A stretch of DNA of 64,000 nt, from the IMG/VR virus record IMGVR_UViG_3300032304_002285, positions 96,001-160,000 of that record; one strand, given 5' to 3'. The notes below the pieces were generated by a model, which was not told where the DNA came from, searched no databases, and was given only the letters and a program-made list of their open reading frames with translations. This document shows, piece after piece, positions 52,319 to 60,711 of the stretch. Position numbers and translations under genes: made by a program. The number at the start of each line of letters is the position of its first letter. Position 1 is the stretch's first letter. The DNA is from a virus.

Positions 52319-52480
52319 GGTTTAAGAATAGTAAATCGTCTCTTTTTAAAATAGGTGAATCCATGAATTAGGATAAAGACTAATAGAAAATCTTGTTTTT
52401 TAGGGATAAATGGTGTTTATTTCTCCTTGTTGACATTGATTCTCGTTTTGAGGATCGGGGACAAAAAGGGGGAATGGGAA

Positions 52481-52987
52481 ATGAAAAAGGTATTGATGAT
52501 GGTGGTAGCAATGGGAAGTATGGTCATGGCTCAGACTGAGGAACCGAAAGCACTTCAGATGCGCAGGCAACAGTATGAGCAGAAGGTTAAGCAGGTAGCA
52601 GAGCCTTATAAGAGGGCTTATTTGGTTGATTTGGAAATGATGAAACGGAATTATGGGGTACAGGGGGAAACAGAAGCCATGGCTTTTGTTCAGAAAGAAA
52701 TTGATATTGTAAAAACAATCTCATCTACTGAAAGCAGTTTGATTGTAGGTAAGTGGGTATGGTTTAATGGGGTGGTTGTTGAATTTCTAGCTAATGGTAC
52801 TTTAAAAACGGAAGATGGATCTACGGGGACTTGGGTGTTAACAAGTTCTCGTCCTGTTATGCTTAAAACGAATTTTAGCAATGATACTTCTCATGAATTT
52901 ATTCTTTCTTCGGATGGAAAGGTGTTAAATGGAACTCAGTTGAAAGGATATATCATAGGATTTAAATTTAAGGTGACGAAAAAATAA
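52481..52987 (+). CDS. Predicted secreted protein (signal peptide, helical segment, beta domain)
   Basis: MKKVLMMVVAMGSMVMA|QTEE Sec-type signal peptide. Confidence 0.7.
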   Translation: MKKVLMMVVAMGSMVMAQTEEPKALQMRRQQYEQKVKQVAEPYKRAYLVDLEMMKRNYGVQGETEAMAFVQKEIDIVKTISSTESSLIVGKWVWFNGVVVEFLANGTLKTEDGSTGTWVLTSSRPVMLKTNFSNDTSHEFILSSDGKVLNGTQLKGYIIGFKFKVTKK

Positions 52988-52997
52988 GGTTTTTTTA

Positions 52998-53705
52998 ATG
53001 AGTCGATATGTAATTGGTCAGCAGTGTGGGGGTTTAGGGGATAATCTTCAGTTTTCAACTCTTCCTGAGTTATTGACTAAGCATGGGCATGAAGTATTTG
53101 TATCATCAAAAAACGTTCTTCGTAATTCTCAGACAAAAAAACTTGTTTGGGAAATGAATCCTTATGTGTCTGGGTTCACAGATGATGATGCCAATTTAGG
53201 TTGGAATCCTATTTATCCGACTCCAATGATATATAATTTGGTATCTGTTTGGGAAAAGGCTTATTTAGGGAAAATCTTTAATATTTATCCAAAAATTTAT
53301 TACAATCCTTGCTTGAGAGGGGATTTTGTTGGGAAAACAATTTTAGAATTTAACACCGTTACTTTTAATTATGATTCTGCTGTAGAAGTTCTGCCATCTA
53401 AAATTGAAAGTCATTTTGAAGATCAAAATGTTGTTATCATTGATAATTCGAGAGTTTCCCGGCATTCTTTGAGGTTTGATAGATTTAAAAGTTTTAAAAC
53501 GTACGTTCCCTCCGATATTTTTGATTTTTGTGATATAATATTTAGTTGCAAGAAATATATTAGTTTATTAAGTGGTGGGACTATTTTAGCATCTGCTTTA
53601 AGGCAAAATAATTTATTTCCGAAGCTAATTTGTTTTTGTCCGCAAGTTGATGTTAACGGTAGGGGTTGGATTTTTGATAATGTAGATTATTTTCCGGTAA
53701 TTTAA
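52998..53705 (+). CDS. Glycosyltransferase-like protein
   Basis: GGLGDNLQFSTLP motif; inside the GT cluster. Confidence 0.5.
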   Translation: MSRYVIGQQCGGLGDNLQFSTLPELLTKHGHEVFVSSKNVLRNSQTKKLVWEMNPYVSGFTDDDANLGWNPIYPTPMIYNLVSVWEKAYLGKIFNIYPKIYYNPCLRGDFVGKTILEFNTVTFNYDSAVEVLPSKIESHFEDQNVVIIDNSRVSRHSLRFDRFKSFKTYVPSDIFDFCDIIFSCKKYISLLSGGTILASALRQNNLFPKLICFCPQVDVNGRGWIFDNVDYFPVI

Positions 53706-54532
53706 TGAAAAAAGTTAGCTTTTATAATGAATGTCATATCGGAGATTGCATATGGTCTCTTACTTATTTCCATTCGATTCTTGAATTTAATGACATTAAT
53801 ATCGTTTTTTGTGTTAATTATAAATATTTTCAAGAATTGAGGGAATTGGTTCATCCATTTTATAAAGATAGGATAGAGCTTCGCCCATTAGAAGAGGCTG
53901 ATAAGTCTAATTCTATTAACACATGGTTTGGCCATCCAGATTATTCTTTTACTTCTAACTTAAATTCAAATAATCATGAAATAAATGGTATGTGTTTTAC
54001 TATGTTTAAAGGCTTAAGCCAAAGACATGGTATTTACTTCCCGATGAATCACAGAGATGAATTTGTTTTTGATCATCCATGGCATTATGGGTCCAATCCG
54101 ATGCTTGAAAAAGAAGGAGACCCTGAGTTTTTGTTTATAAATTCTGTACCTATGAGTGGTCAGTTTTCTCAAAATGATGACGATCTTATTCCGTTATATA
54201 ATTTTTTGGGAACGAAAAAGACTTTTGTTACTAAAAGGTCTCATGGATTTTCCTGTACTTTGGATTATGGGTTGAATTTGTTGCAGATTGGACAAATAGC
54301 AGTAAAGGCAAAGAAGGTGATTGGTGTTAATACGGGTCCTTTATGTGCTTGTGTTAACAAGGCGGCTTTAAAGAAAAATAGAGATTGGCATGTTCTTATA
54401 AAAAAGAGTTTGCCTCAAGTGGTTTATAATAGAGTTGATGAAAGATTTATTGTTTCAGAGAATGCTCAAGAGGTGGTTGATTGTTTAGTTAAAATTATCG
54501 AGACTAATAGGAGTTTTAAGATAAATGTTTAA
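53705..54532 (+). CDS. Glycosyltransferase-like domain protein, paralog of the N-terminus of 54525-57920
   Basis: FYNE.HIGDC.W, DHPW..GSNPML, CTLDYGL.LLQIGQIA, TGP.CACVNK shared. Confidence 0.6.
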   Translation: MKKVSFYNECHIGDCIWSLTYFHSILEFNDINIVFCVNYKYFQELRELVHPFYKDRIELRPLEEADKSNSINTWFGHPDYSFTSNLNSNNHEINGMCFTMFKGLSQRHGIYFPMNHRDEFVFDHPWHYGSNPMLEKEGDPEFLFINSVPMSGQFSQNDDDLIPLYNFLGTKKTFVTKRSHGFSCTLDYGLNLLQIGQIAVKAKKVIGVNTGPLCACVNKAALKKNRDWHVLIKKSLPQVVYNRVDERFIVSENAQEVVDCLVKIIETNRSFKINV

Positions 54533-57500
54533 TGATAAAAAAGAAATTTCATTTTACAATGAATTGCATATTGGAGATTGCCTTTGGGCAATTACTTATT
54601 TTAATCAGATACTCGCATTAAATGATTTTGATGTAGTTTTTTATATTAACCCTGATTACTTCAAACAAGTAAAAGAATTGATTCATCCAGCTTATATTGA
54701 TCGGGTTTTATTGAAGCCGATAATAGAAGTTGACAAAAGTAAATCAATAAATACTTGGATTGGTAGTCCTGAAAATAACTTTTGTCAAAACATAGAAGTT
54801 AGTGGTAGAGAGATACAGGAAATGTGTTTCCGAATGTTTTTGGAAATTAGTTCCAAGAATGGCATTATTTTTGGTATAAAAGACAAGTCGGAGTTTATTT
54901 ACGATCATCCTTGGATTTGTGGTTCTAACCCAATGTTAAGAGACATTGGGAATCCTGACGTGCTTTTTGTTAATTCGACTCCTATGAGTACGCAATTTAG
55001 TCAAGATGAAAATGCTTTGGCGTCTTTATATGAAGAATTGAAAGGCAAGAAGGTCTTTACCACAAAGAAGTTTGGCGATTTCCCATGTACTTTGGATTAC
55101 GGATTGAGTTTATTACAGATAGGCCAAATTGCAGCTAAATCAAAGATTGTGATTGGTATTCAGACAGGTCCATTTTGTGCTTGTGTGAACAAAGAAGCGA
55201 TTAAAAATGTTAAAGAATGGTATGTTTTGGTTTGGAAGAATAAGTCAGAAATTATATTTCATAACATTGGGGGAAGGTTTAATATATGTGAAAAAGCAGA
55301 TCAGGTTGTTGATCTTTTAAAAGGAAAATATTCAAAACCAGAAATAAGCGTACTAATGTCTTTGTATAAGGGTGAAAAATTTTTAGAAACATATTTAAGT
55401 TATTTTTCTAAATTTACGAATCTTGATAATTGTCAGTTGGTTATTTGTCACAACTGTCCTTCCAAAATTGAATTGGATATTATTGGTAATTTTAATAGAA
55501 AATTTCCAGGAAAAGTTAAACATATAATTAAAGATTCATTGACAAATTGGGCTGAGTCGATGAATGAATGTGTTAGAAATGCTGATGCTGATTTATTAAC
55601 GATTGGGAATGTTGATGATCTTAGACCTCCAGATTCACTTAGGCAGCAAGTTGATTTCTTAAAAAATAATACCGGGTGTGACGTTGTTCATGGTAGTTTT
55701 TGGATAGTTGGGCGTTTTGGTTCTTATGAAGGGTGGAGGTGTGTTCGTTCTGGTTATTCTACAGGAAACCCGGAATTATTGAAAGAAATGAGGATAGGTC
55801 CTTTTTTTGTGTGGAGAAAATCCACCATGGAAAGATATGGATATTTCGATGAACAGTTTAATGTTTCTGCTGACTATGATTTTGCAATGAGGCTTGCAAG
55901 GAGAGTTCAAATCGAGGCTCTTGATATTGATCTTGGATTTTATCTTGATGAAGGCATGGGGCTAAGCACAAGACAAGGTAGCGAAGAAGCTTTAGATAGA
56001 ACTGCTATTAAGATGAGGTATGGAATACCACTAAATGGACAAGAGATGGATATTTCTAAGACACGTGACATAAAGAAGTATAACCTTACAGATTCTACGT
56101 ATTTTGGGAAAACTCATAGGAATTCGATTACTTGTTTTCTTGGAGAAACAAGTAATCCGATAAGGATTGCTTATTTGATGCCATCTTTGACTTTTGGTGG
56201 TTCTGAAATGAATTTTTATCGTCTTGGATTAGAGGCAAAAAAGCGTGGATATAAGGTTGGATTTTTTGCAACTGCTAGAAGAAGTTTATCGTATGATGTT
56301 TCGTGGGCAGATGAGGTTTGGACTCAGGCAGGACCAAACACTTGGGATGCAATGACTGAGGAAATGGTTCGTCGGCTGGGTAATTATGATATTATTCATC
56401 TTACCAACTTAACGGAATATCAAAGAATATATCTTAAGGAAAGATTAAAGGATAAAAAGTTTTTTGAAACATGGCATGGGATACAATCAATGAATTGGGC
56501 TTGGTCTGGGAGTAAAAGTTTTCCAGCAGATTTTGCAGTTGCTCGATTTTGCGTAACAGATTTATTAGTTGATGCTGTTAAAAATAAGTGCGGTGATGAT
56601 GTCTTTTTATCTTTGAACCCAATCTTTGTCCCAACAAAAACAGCCCAACTATCTGGAAGGACAGTATCAATGTTGGGGAGATTGGATGAAGAAAAGAATC
56701 AAATGGAGTTTGTTGAGATTCTTGCTGGAATTCCTAATGTTAAAGGAGTGTTAATTGGAGATGCAGAGCCAGGAAGTGCATACCGTTCTGAAGTAGAGAA
56801 GAAGGCCAAGTTATTGGATGTAGATTTGGTTGTTACTGGCTATGAGCAAGATCCCACACAGTATTTACTGGATTCAGATGTTATTCTTCATTCTTCTAGT
56901 ATGGAAAACCAACCAATAGCAATTTTAGAGGCTATGTCTTTCGGCATACCTGTAGTCGCCAGGGCTGTTGGGGGGATACCATCTATGATTTCTCATGGGG
57001 AAGATGGATTTTTATATACAGATAATAATAAAGCGAAAGAACTTATTTCTTTATTGTTGAGTGATAAAGAGTTTTCTAAAAAAATAGGAAAACAAGCAAG
57101 AGATTTGGTTTCAAAAAAACATGAAGTTTCTAAATGCTTTGATTTTCATGAAGGGTTTTATAAGAAAGCGTTTCCTTTTAATTTTGAGAACACTGTTTCT
57201 GTAATGGTTTCTTCTTATAACCAATTGGGTGCTCTTAAGATTTTCCTTGAATCCCTTAGTTTTCAAAAACAATTGCCAATAGAAGTAATCATTACGGATG
57301 ATGGTTCCACCGATGGAACTATAGAATGGCTTGATTCTTTAACCCAAAACAGATATCCATTTGAAATTCGATATGTAACAAGAGATCATGGTGGATATCG
57401 TCTGGCTTCTATTCAAAATTTAGGAGCAAATAAAGCAAAAGGATCAAGGCTTTTATTTACGAATGCCGATGTTATTCACTGTCCTGATTCAATTTCTAGT

Positions 57501-57920
57501 CATTCGGAATTAAAAGATGATACCATTGGAGCCGGAATAATAAAAAGCATTAATGAAGTAGGAACGAGAAAAATCTCTCCTAAGAATGTTTCGACTTTCA
57601 ATCAAATAGTTTCTATTGCAGAAATGAATCAGGAGGGGAGAACTAATTTGGTATGGGGAATGTATGATTTGAATTCCAACTCTATTGCTGTATGGGGAGG
57701 GAATTTCTCAGTCCCTTCTGGTATGTTTGCTAAAGTATGTGGATTTGATGAGGGATATATTGGCTGGGGAGGAGAAGATGCAAACCTCGCTAATCGTTGT
57801 CGAGATAATGCGGGTGCTAAAATATCTTGGGTTGGGGGTTCTGTGGTTTTCCATCTATGGCATCCATTAAAGATATATAGCCACCGTCAACTTGGTTCCG
57901 CTAGGTATAACGGAAGATGA
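54525..57920 (+). CDS. Four-domain glycosyltransferase fusion (unknown GT-like + GT2 + GT4 + GT2/GT7-like), 1131 aa
   Basis: ISVLMSLYK..NVDD (GT2); GGSE...GRLD.EKN...S..ENQPIAILEAM..G.PVVA..VGG (GT4); SVMVSSYNQ..TDDGSTDGT..GFDE.Y.GWGGED (GT2). Confidence 0.88.
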   Translation: MFNDKKEISFYNELHIGDCLWAITYFNQILALNDFDVVFYINPDYFKQVKELIHPAYIDRVLLKPIIEVDKSKSINTWIGSPENNFCQNIEVSGREIQEMCFRMFLEISSKNGIIFGIKDKSEFIYDHPWICGSNPMLRDIGNPDVLFVNSTPMSTQFSQDENALASLYEELKGKKVFTTKKFGDFPCTLDYGLSLLQIGQIAAKSKIVIGIQTGPFCACVNKEAIKNVKEWYVLVWKNKSEIIFHNIGGRFNICEKADQVVDLLKGKYSKPEISVLMSLYKGEKFLETYLSYFSKFTNLDNCQLVICHNCPSKIELDIIGNFNRKFPGKVKHIIKDSLTNWAESMNECVRNADADLLTIGNVDDLRPPDSLRQQVDFLKNNTGCDVVHGSFWIVGRFGSYEGWRCVRSGYSTGNPELLKEMRIGPFFVWRKSTMERYGYFDEQFNVSADYDFAMRLARRVQIEALDIDLGFYLDEGMGLSTRQGSEEALDRTAIKMRYGIPLNGQEMDISKTRDIKKYNLTDSTYFGKTHRNSITCFLGETSNPIRIAYLMPSLTFGGSEMNFYRLGLEAKKRGYKVGFFATARRSLSYDVSWADEVWTQAGPNTWDAMTEEMVRRLGNYDIIHLTNLTEYQRIYLKERLKDKKFFETWHGIQSMNWAWSGSKSFPADFAVARFCVTDLLVDAVKNKCGDDVFLSLNPIFVPTKTAQLSGRTVSMLGRLDEEKNQMEFVEILAGIPNVKGVLIGDAEPGSAYRSEVEKKAKLLDVDLVVTGYEQDPTQYLLDSDVILHSSSMENQPIAILEAMSFGIPVVARAVGGIPSMISHGEDGFLYTDNNKAKELISLLLSDKEFSKKIGKQARDLVSKKHEVSKCFDFHEGFYKKAFPFNFENTVSVMVSSYNQLGALKIFLESLSFQKQLPIEVIITDDGSTDGTIEWLDSLTQNRYPFEIRYVTRDHGGYRLASIQNLGANKAKGSRLLFTNADVIHCPDSISSHSELKDDTIGAGIIKSINEVGTRKISPKNVSTFNQIVSIAEMNQEGRTNLVWGMYDLNSNSIAVWGGNFSVPSGMFAKVCGFDEGYIGWGGEDANLANRCRDNAGAKISWVGGSVVFHLWHPLKIYSHRQLGSARYNGR

Positions 57921-58210
57921 CAAAAACTAATGAGAGAAAATTTAATAGGTCTGGGATTCAGGTCTGTCCAATATGCAAAAATAAATCAGTATTGGTTGAG
58001 CATCATATTAACGGAAGAGAAATTAAAGATGCCAATGCTGGTTTCAATATTTCTTGGATCTGTGCTTCATGTCATGATCTAGTTCATATTGGGCAGATAG
58101 AGATAGAGGGTTGGATGAGAACGACTGATGGAAGGGAACTCTTTTTCCATCAAAGAGGGGAACCGCCTAAGGTCAAGGATGTTGCAACTCCACCTCTATA
58201 CGGTAAATAA
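57917..58210 (+). CDS. HNH endonuclease
   Basis: CPIC......EHHI.........N...IC.SCH..VH. Confidence 0.8.
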   Translation: MTKTNERKFNRSGIQVCPICKNKSVLVEHHINGREIKDANAGFNISWICASCHDLVHIGQIEIEGWMRTTDGRELFFHQRGEPPKVKDVATPPLYGK

Positions 58211-58271
58211 TCTATTGACTAATAAAGACTTATAGATATTCTGACTATTTCTTAAAATTCTTTTCGTTTAG

Positions 58272-58338
58272 TTTGGATTTTCAGGTCTCCTTGGGTAATA
58301 CATGGGTGTAAGAGATTGATCCCAGTAACCAAGGAGAC
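58272..58338 (+). promoter_or_regulatory. Bipartite motif copy 2 (TTTGGATTT-N17-ATACATGG) inside a 10-bp inverted repeat covering the RBS
   Basis: GTCTCCTTGG (58285-58294) / CCAAGGAGAC (58329-58338). Confidence 0.6.
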
Positions 58339-58339
58339 A

Positions 58340-58897
58340 ATGATGAACGACTACGCTTCCTCCCCTGCTGCGGTGATGCTTGCCACTCACTGTGTTGTGT
58401 GTGGGAGACCCCTTATTGATTCCATCAGCGTTGAAATGGGCATTGGTCCCGAATGCCGGGAAGGCTTCAACGCCGACTTGAGCCCCGAAGATCAGAAGAA
58501 GGCCAATGTGCTGGTCCATGAGGCTTCGGTTGCGGCTCAGAATGGCAAGGTTGAGAAGGTTCTTGCCATTGCTAAGCAGATTGAAGAAGAATGCCATATG
58601 GGGGAATTGGCTGAGAAGATCCGGGAACGGTTCAAGGTTTCTCATCGGGACCCGGACATTCTGATTGAGAAGCGGGGACAGGTGTTGATGGTTGTGACGC
58701 CTTATCGGCGCGGGAAGGCTGAAGACTTCAAGCAGGCATGGCGCAGCATTCCGGGGAGACGGTGGGATAAGTTGGTGAATGCCAACATGATCCCGGAAAG
58801 CCAGAAGTCTGCTCTCTGGGACCTCCTCAAGAAATTCTTTCCGGGGAAGTACGGGAAGGGTCCTCAGGGTTGGTTCCGAGTCCCCAAGTCTGTCTGA
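58340..58897 (+). CDS. Zn-finger protein, DUF6011-like
   Basis: CVVCGRPL.D..S...GIGPECR; RBS AAGGAG. Confidence 0.75.
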   Translation: MMNDYASSPAAVMLATHCVVCGRPLIDSISVEMGIGPECREGFNADLSPEDQKKANVLVHEASVAAQNGKVEKVLAIAKQIEEECHMGELAEKIRERFKVSHRDPDILIEKRGQVLMVVTPYRRGKAEDFKQAWRSIPGRRWDKLVNANMIPESQKSALWDLLKKFFPGKYGKGPQGWFRVPKSV

Positions 58898-58910
58898 TCG
58901 GGGGACAAGT

Positions 58911-58950
58911 AAAGGACTCGTACTGAATAAGGTACGGGTCCTTTTTCTTT
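58911..58950 (+). terminator. Intrinsic terminator
   Basis: AAAGGACTCGTAC-tgaataag-GTACGGGTCCTTT followed by a T-rich tail. Confidence 0.85.
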
Positions 58951-59052
58951 GGTTGTGGATTATTTTCCAGGGAAATATAAGAAAAAGATATATTTGTGGG
59001 GTATAATGAGAGTGCAGCAAGGAATGAAGACATCAGCTAAAAGGGAAAGTAA

Positions 59053-59811
59053 ATGGAAAAAAAGCAGATCATGACGTATGAAGAGGCGAAAGCCTTTGTC
59101 CAGAAGCATGGGATTAAAAAAGCTATGGAGTTTATGACATGGATGAGTAGACCAGCCGGGGTTCCATCTAATCCTTGGAAGGCTTATCAGGGTAGGGGTT
59201 GGACATCTTGGCCTGAGTTTTTGGGAAAAAAGAAGAAGCCTAATGGTTCTAATTTTCTTTCTTATGATGAAGTAAAGGAGATTATTCGTAAGAAGGGAAT
59301 CAAAAGGATGGTGGATTACAGGACGTGGGAAGAAAGACCTTCCAATATTCCATCTAATCCTGAAGTTTTTTATAAAGGAAAGGGCTGGGTTAGTTGGTCC
59401 GAATTCTTGGGTAATGGGAGAAGACCAAGGAACCTTGTTTTTCTTTCTTATGAAGAAGCTAGGGCGATTGTTCAGAAGCAAGGGATTAAAGGAAGAGAGG
59501 AATACAGAAAGTGGAAAAAGAGACCTCTTAATCTCCCCTATTGCCCTTCTGACGTTTATAAAAACAAGGGTTGGGTTTCTTGGTCTGATTTTTTTGGAAA
59601 TGATTTTACTCCTAGGGTTTTTAGTCACTTGTCTTATGAAGATGCAAAAAAGATTGTTCAAAAACAAGGAGTTAAATCGGTAAATGAATATCGAAAATGG
59701 AAAAAATCATCCGATATTCCACGTAACCCGGATAGGTTTTATGTAAATAAAGGATGGACTAGCTGGGTTGATTTTTTTGGTACTGAAAGAAAACCAATAA
59801 AAACTTCTTAA
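59053..59811 (+). CDS. Protein of four approximately 60-aa integrase-repeat-type units (putative DNA-binding)
   Basis: 4x SYEEA...VQK.GIK...EY..W..RP..IP.NP...Y..KGW.SW.(D/E)F.G. Confidence 0.75.
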   Translation: MEKKQIMTYEEAKAFVQKHGIKKAMEFMTWMSRPAGVPSNPWKAYQGRGWTSWPEFLGKKKKPNGSNFLSYDEVKEIIRKKGIKRMVDYRTWEERPSNIPSNPEVFYKGKGWVSWSEFLGNGRRPRNLVFLSYEEARAIVQKQGIKGREEYRKWKKRPLNLPYCPSDVYKNKGWVSWSDFFGNDFTPRVFSHLSYEDAKKIVQKQGVKSVNEYRKWKKSSDIPRNPDRFYVNKGWTSWVDFFGTERKPIKTS

Positions 59812-59818
59812 GGGTTTC

Positions 59819-59872
59819 TTTGGATTTCCAAGGGTTGCCAGTGATATATAGTCATGGCAACCCTTATTTTTT
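59819..59872 (+). terminator. Terminator-like hairpin containing bipartite motif copy 3 (TTTGGATTT-N16-ATATATAG)
   Basis: AAGGGTTGCCA (59830-59840) / TGGCAACCCTT (59855-59865) followed by ATTTTTT. Confidence 0.7.
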
Positions 59873-59889
59873 ACTCAGGAGTCCGATAA

Positions 59890-60639
59890 ATGAATGTAGT
59901 CTTGGTAAAGGGTAGTCCTCCCCGGTATAGCCTTTATTGCATCCATAAAGAGATTGGGGAACGGTTTACAGTCCGGGTTAAGGTTCTTGACGAGAAGGGT
60001 TCTCTTATTGAAATCCGGGATATCCCCGGCTTCACTATCCTTCAGTCTGCCAAAGAGCGTCTTAAGGGCATGGTTAAGATCAAGCAGGAAAAAGGGAAGA
60101 TGAATTATGTTCAAAACCCTCCCGATTGGATCTGTGCTCACTTTGAAGACGAAAACAAGCTGATTGTTTCTAATGATGAAATGCTTCAAAGCCTTAAGGA
60201 TGCACTCAAAGAACGCTATGTTTGTTTTAAGGACAATTCCGGCTTGGAAGACAAATTTGATCTTGATGTTGAATACCTTGCTATCCATTTGGGTGATGAT
60301 GAATTCATTGACGTTTATAATAAGTATGGAGAAATTTGTACTTGTATGTCAACTCGCTTCGCCTCTGTGAAAAAGACAGAGGATTGTTTGGAAGCAGAGA
60401 GATTAATGGATAGCTCTAAGAACGCTATCAAAAAGATTCATTCGGTTGCGGTTAAGCCTTGTCTTGATTGTATGGGGAAAGGAGTAGACGTTCACTGTGT
60501 AAATTATGACAACAGTTGCGCTTTGAATGAACGGTGTTTTGAGGATAATTGTAGCTGTATTGACCAGAAGTTGGAGACTCATAAATGCCGGGAGTGTGAC
60601 GGTACTGGTTTTATTCAAGTTAGGGATGAAGAGGACTAA
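59890..60639 (+). CDS. Hypothetical protein with C-terminal Cys-rich CxxCxGxG motifs
   Basis: CLDCMGKG and CRECDGTG. Confidence 0.7.
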   Translation: MNVVLVKGSPPRYSLYCIHKEIGERFTVRVKVLDEKGSLIEIRDIPGFTILQSAKERLKGMVKIKQEKGKMNYVQNPPDWICAHFEDENKLIVSNDEMLQSLKDALKERYVCFKDNSGLEDKFDLDVEYLAIHLGDDEFIDVYNKYGEICTCMSTRFASVKKTEDCLEAERLMDSSKNAIKKIHSVAVKPCLDCMGKGVDVHCVNYDNSCALNERCFEDNCSCIDQKLETHKCRECDGTGFIQVRDEED

Positions 60640-60711
60640 AGAAAAATTTTTAGGACAGGAAGATAAAGGATCTTTGGCTGTGTATAATAGGGGCTGGAGA
60701 CCAAAAGCTTT

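Noticed and set aside
52430-52460. TTGACA as a canonical promoter for the secreted protein
   Set aside because: No acceptable -10 at 16-18 nt spacing.
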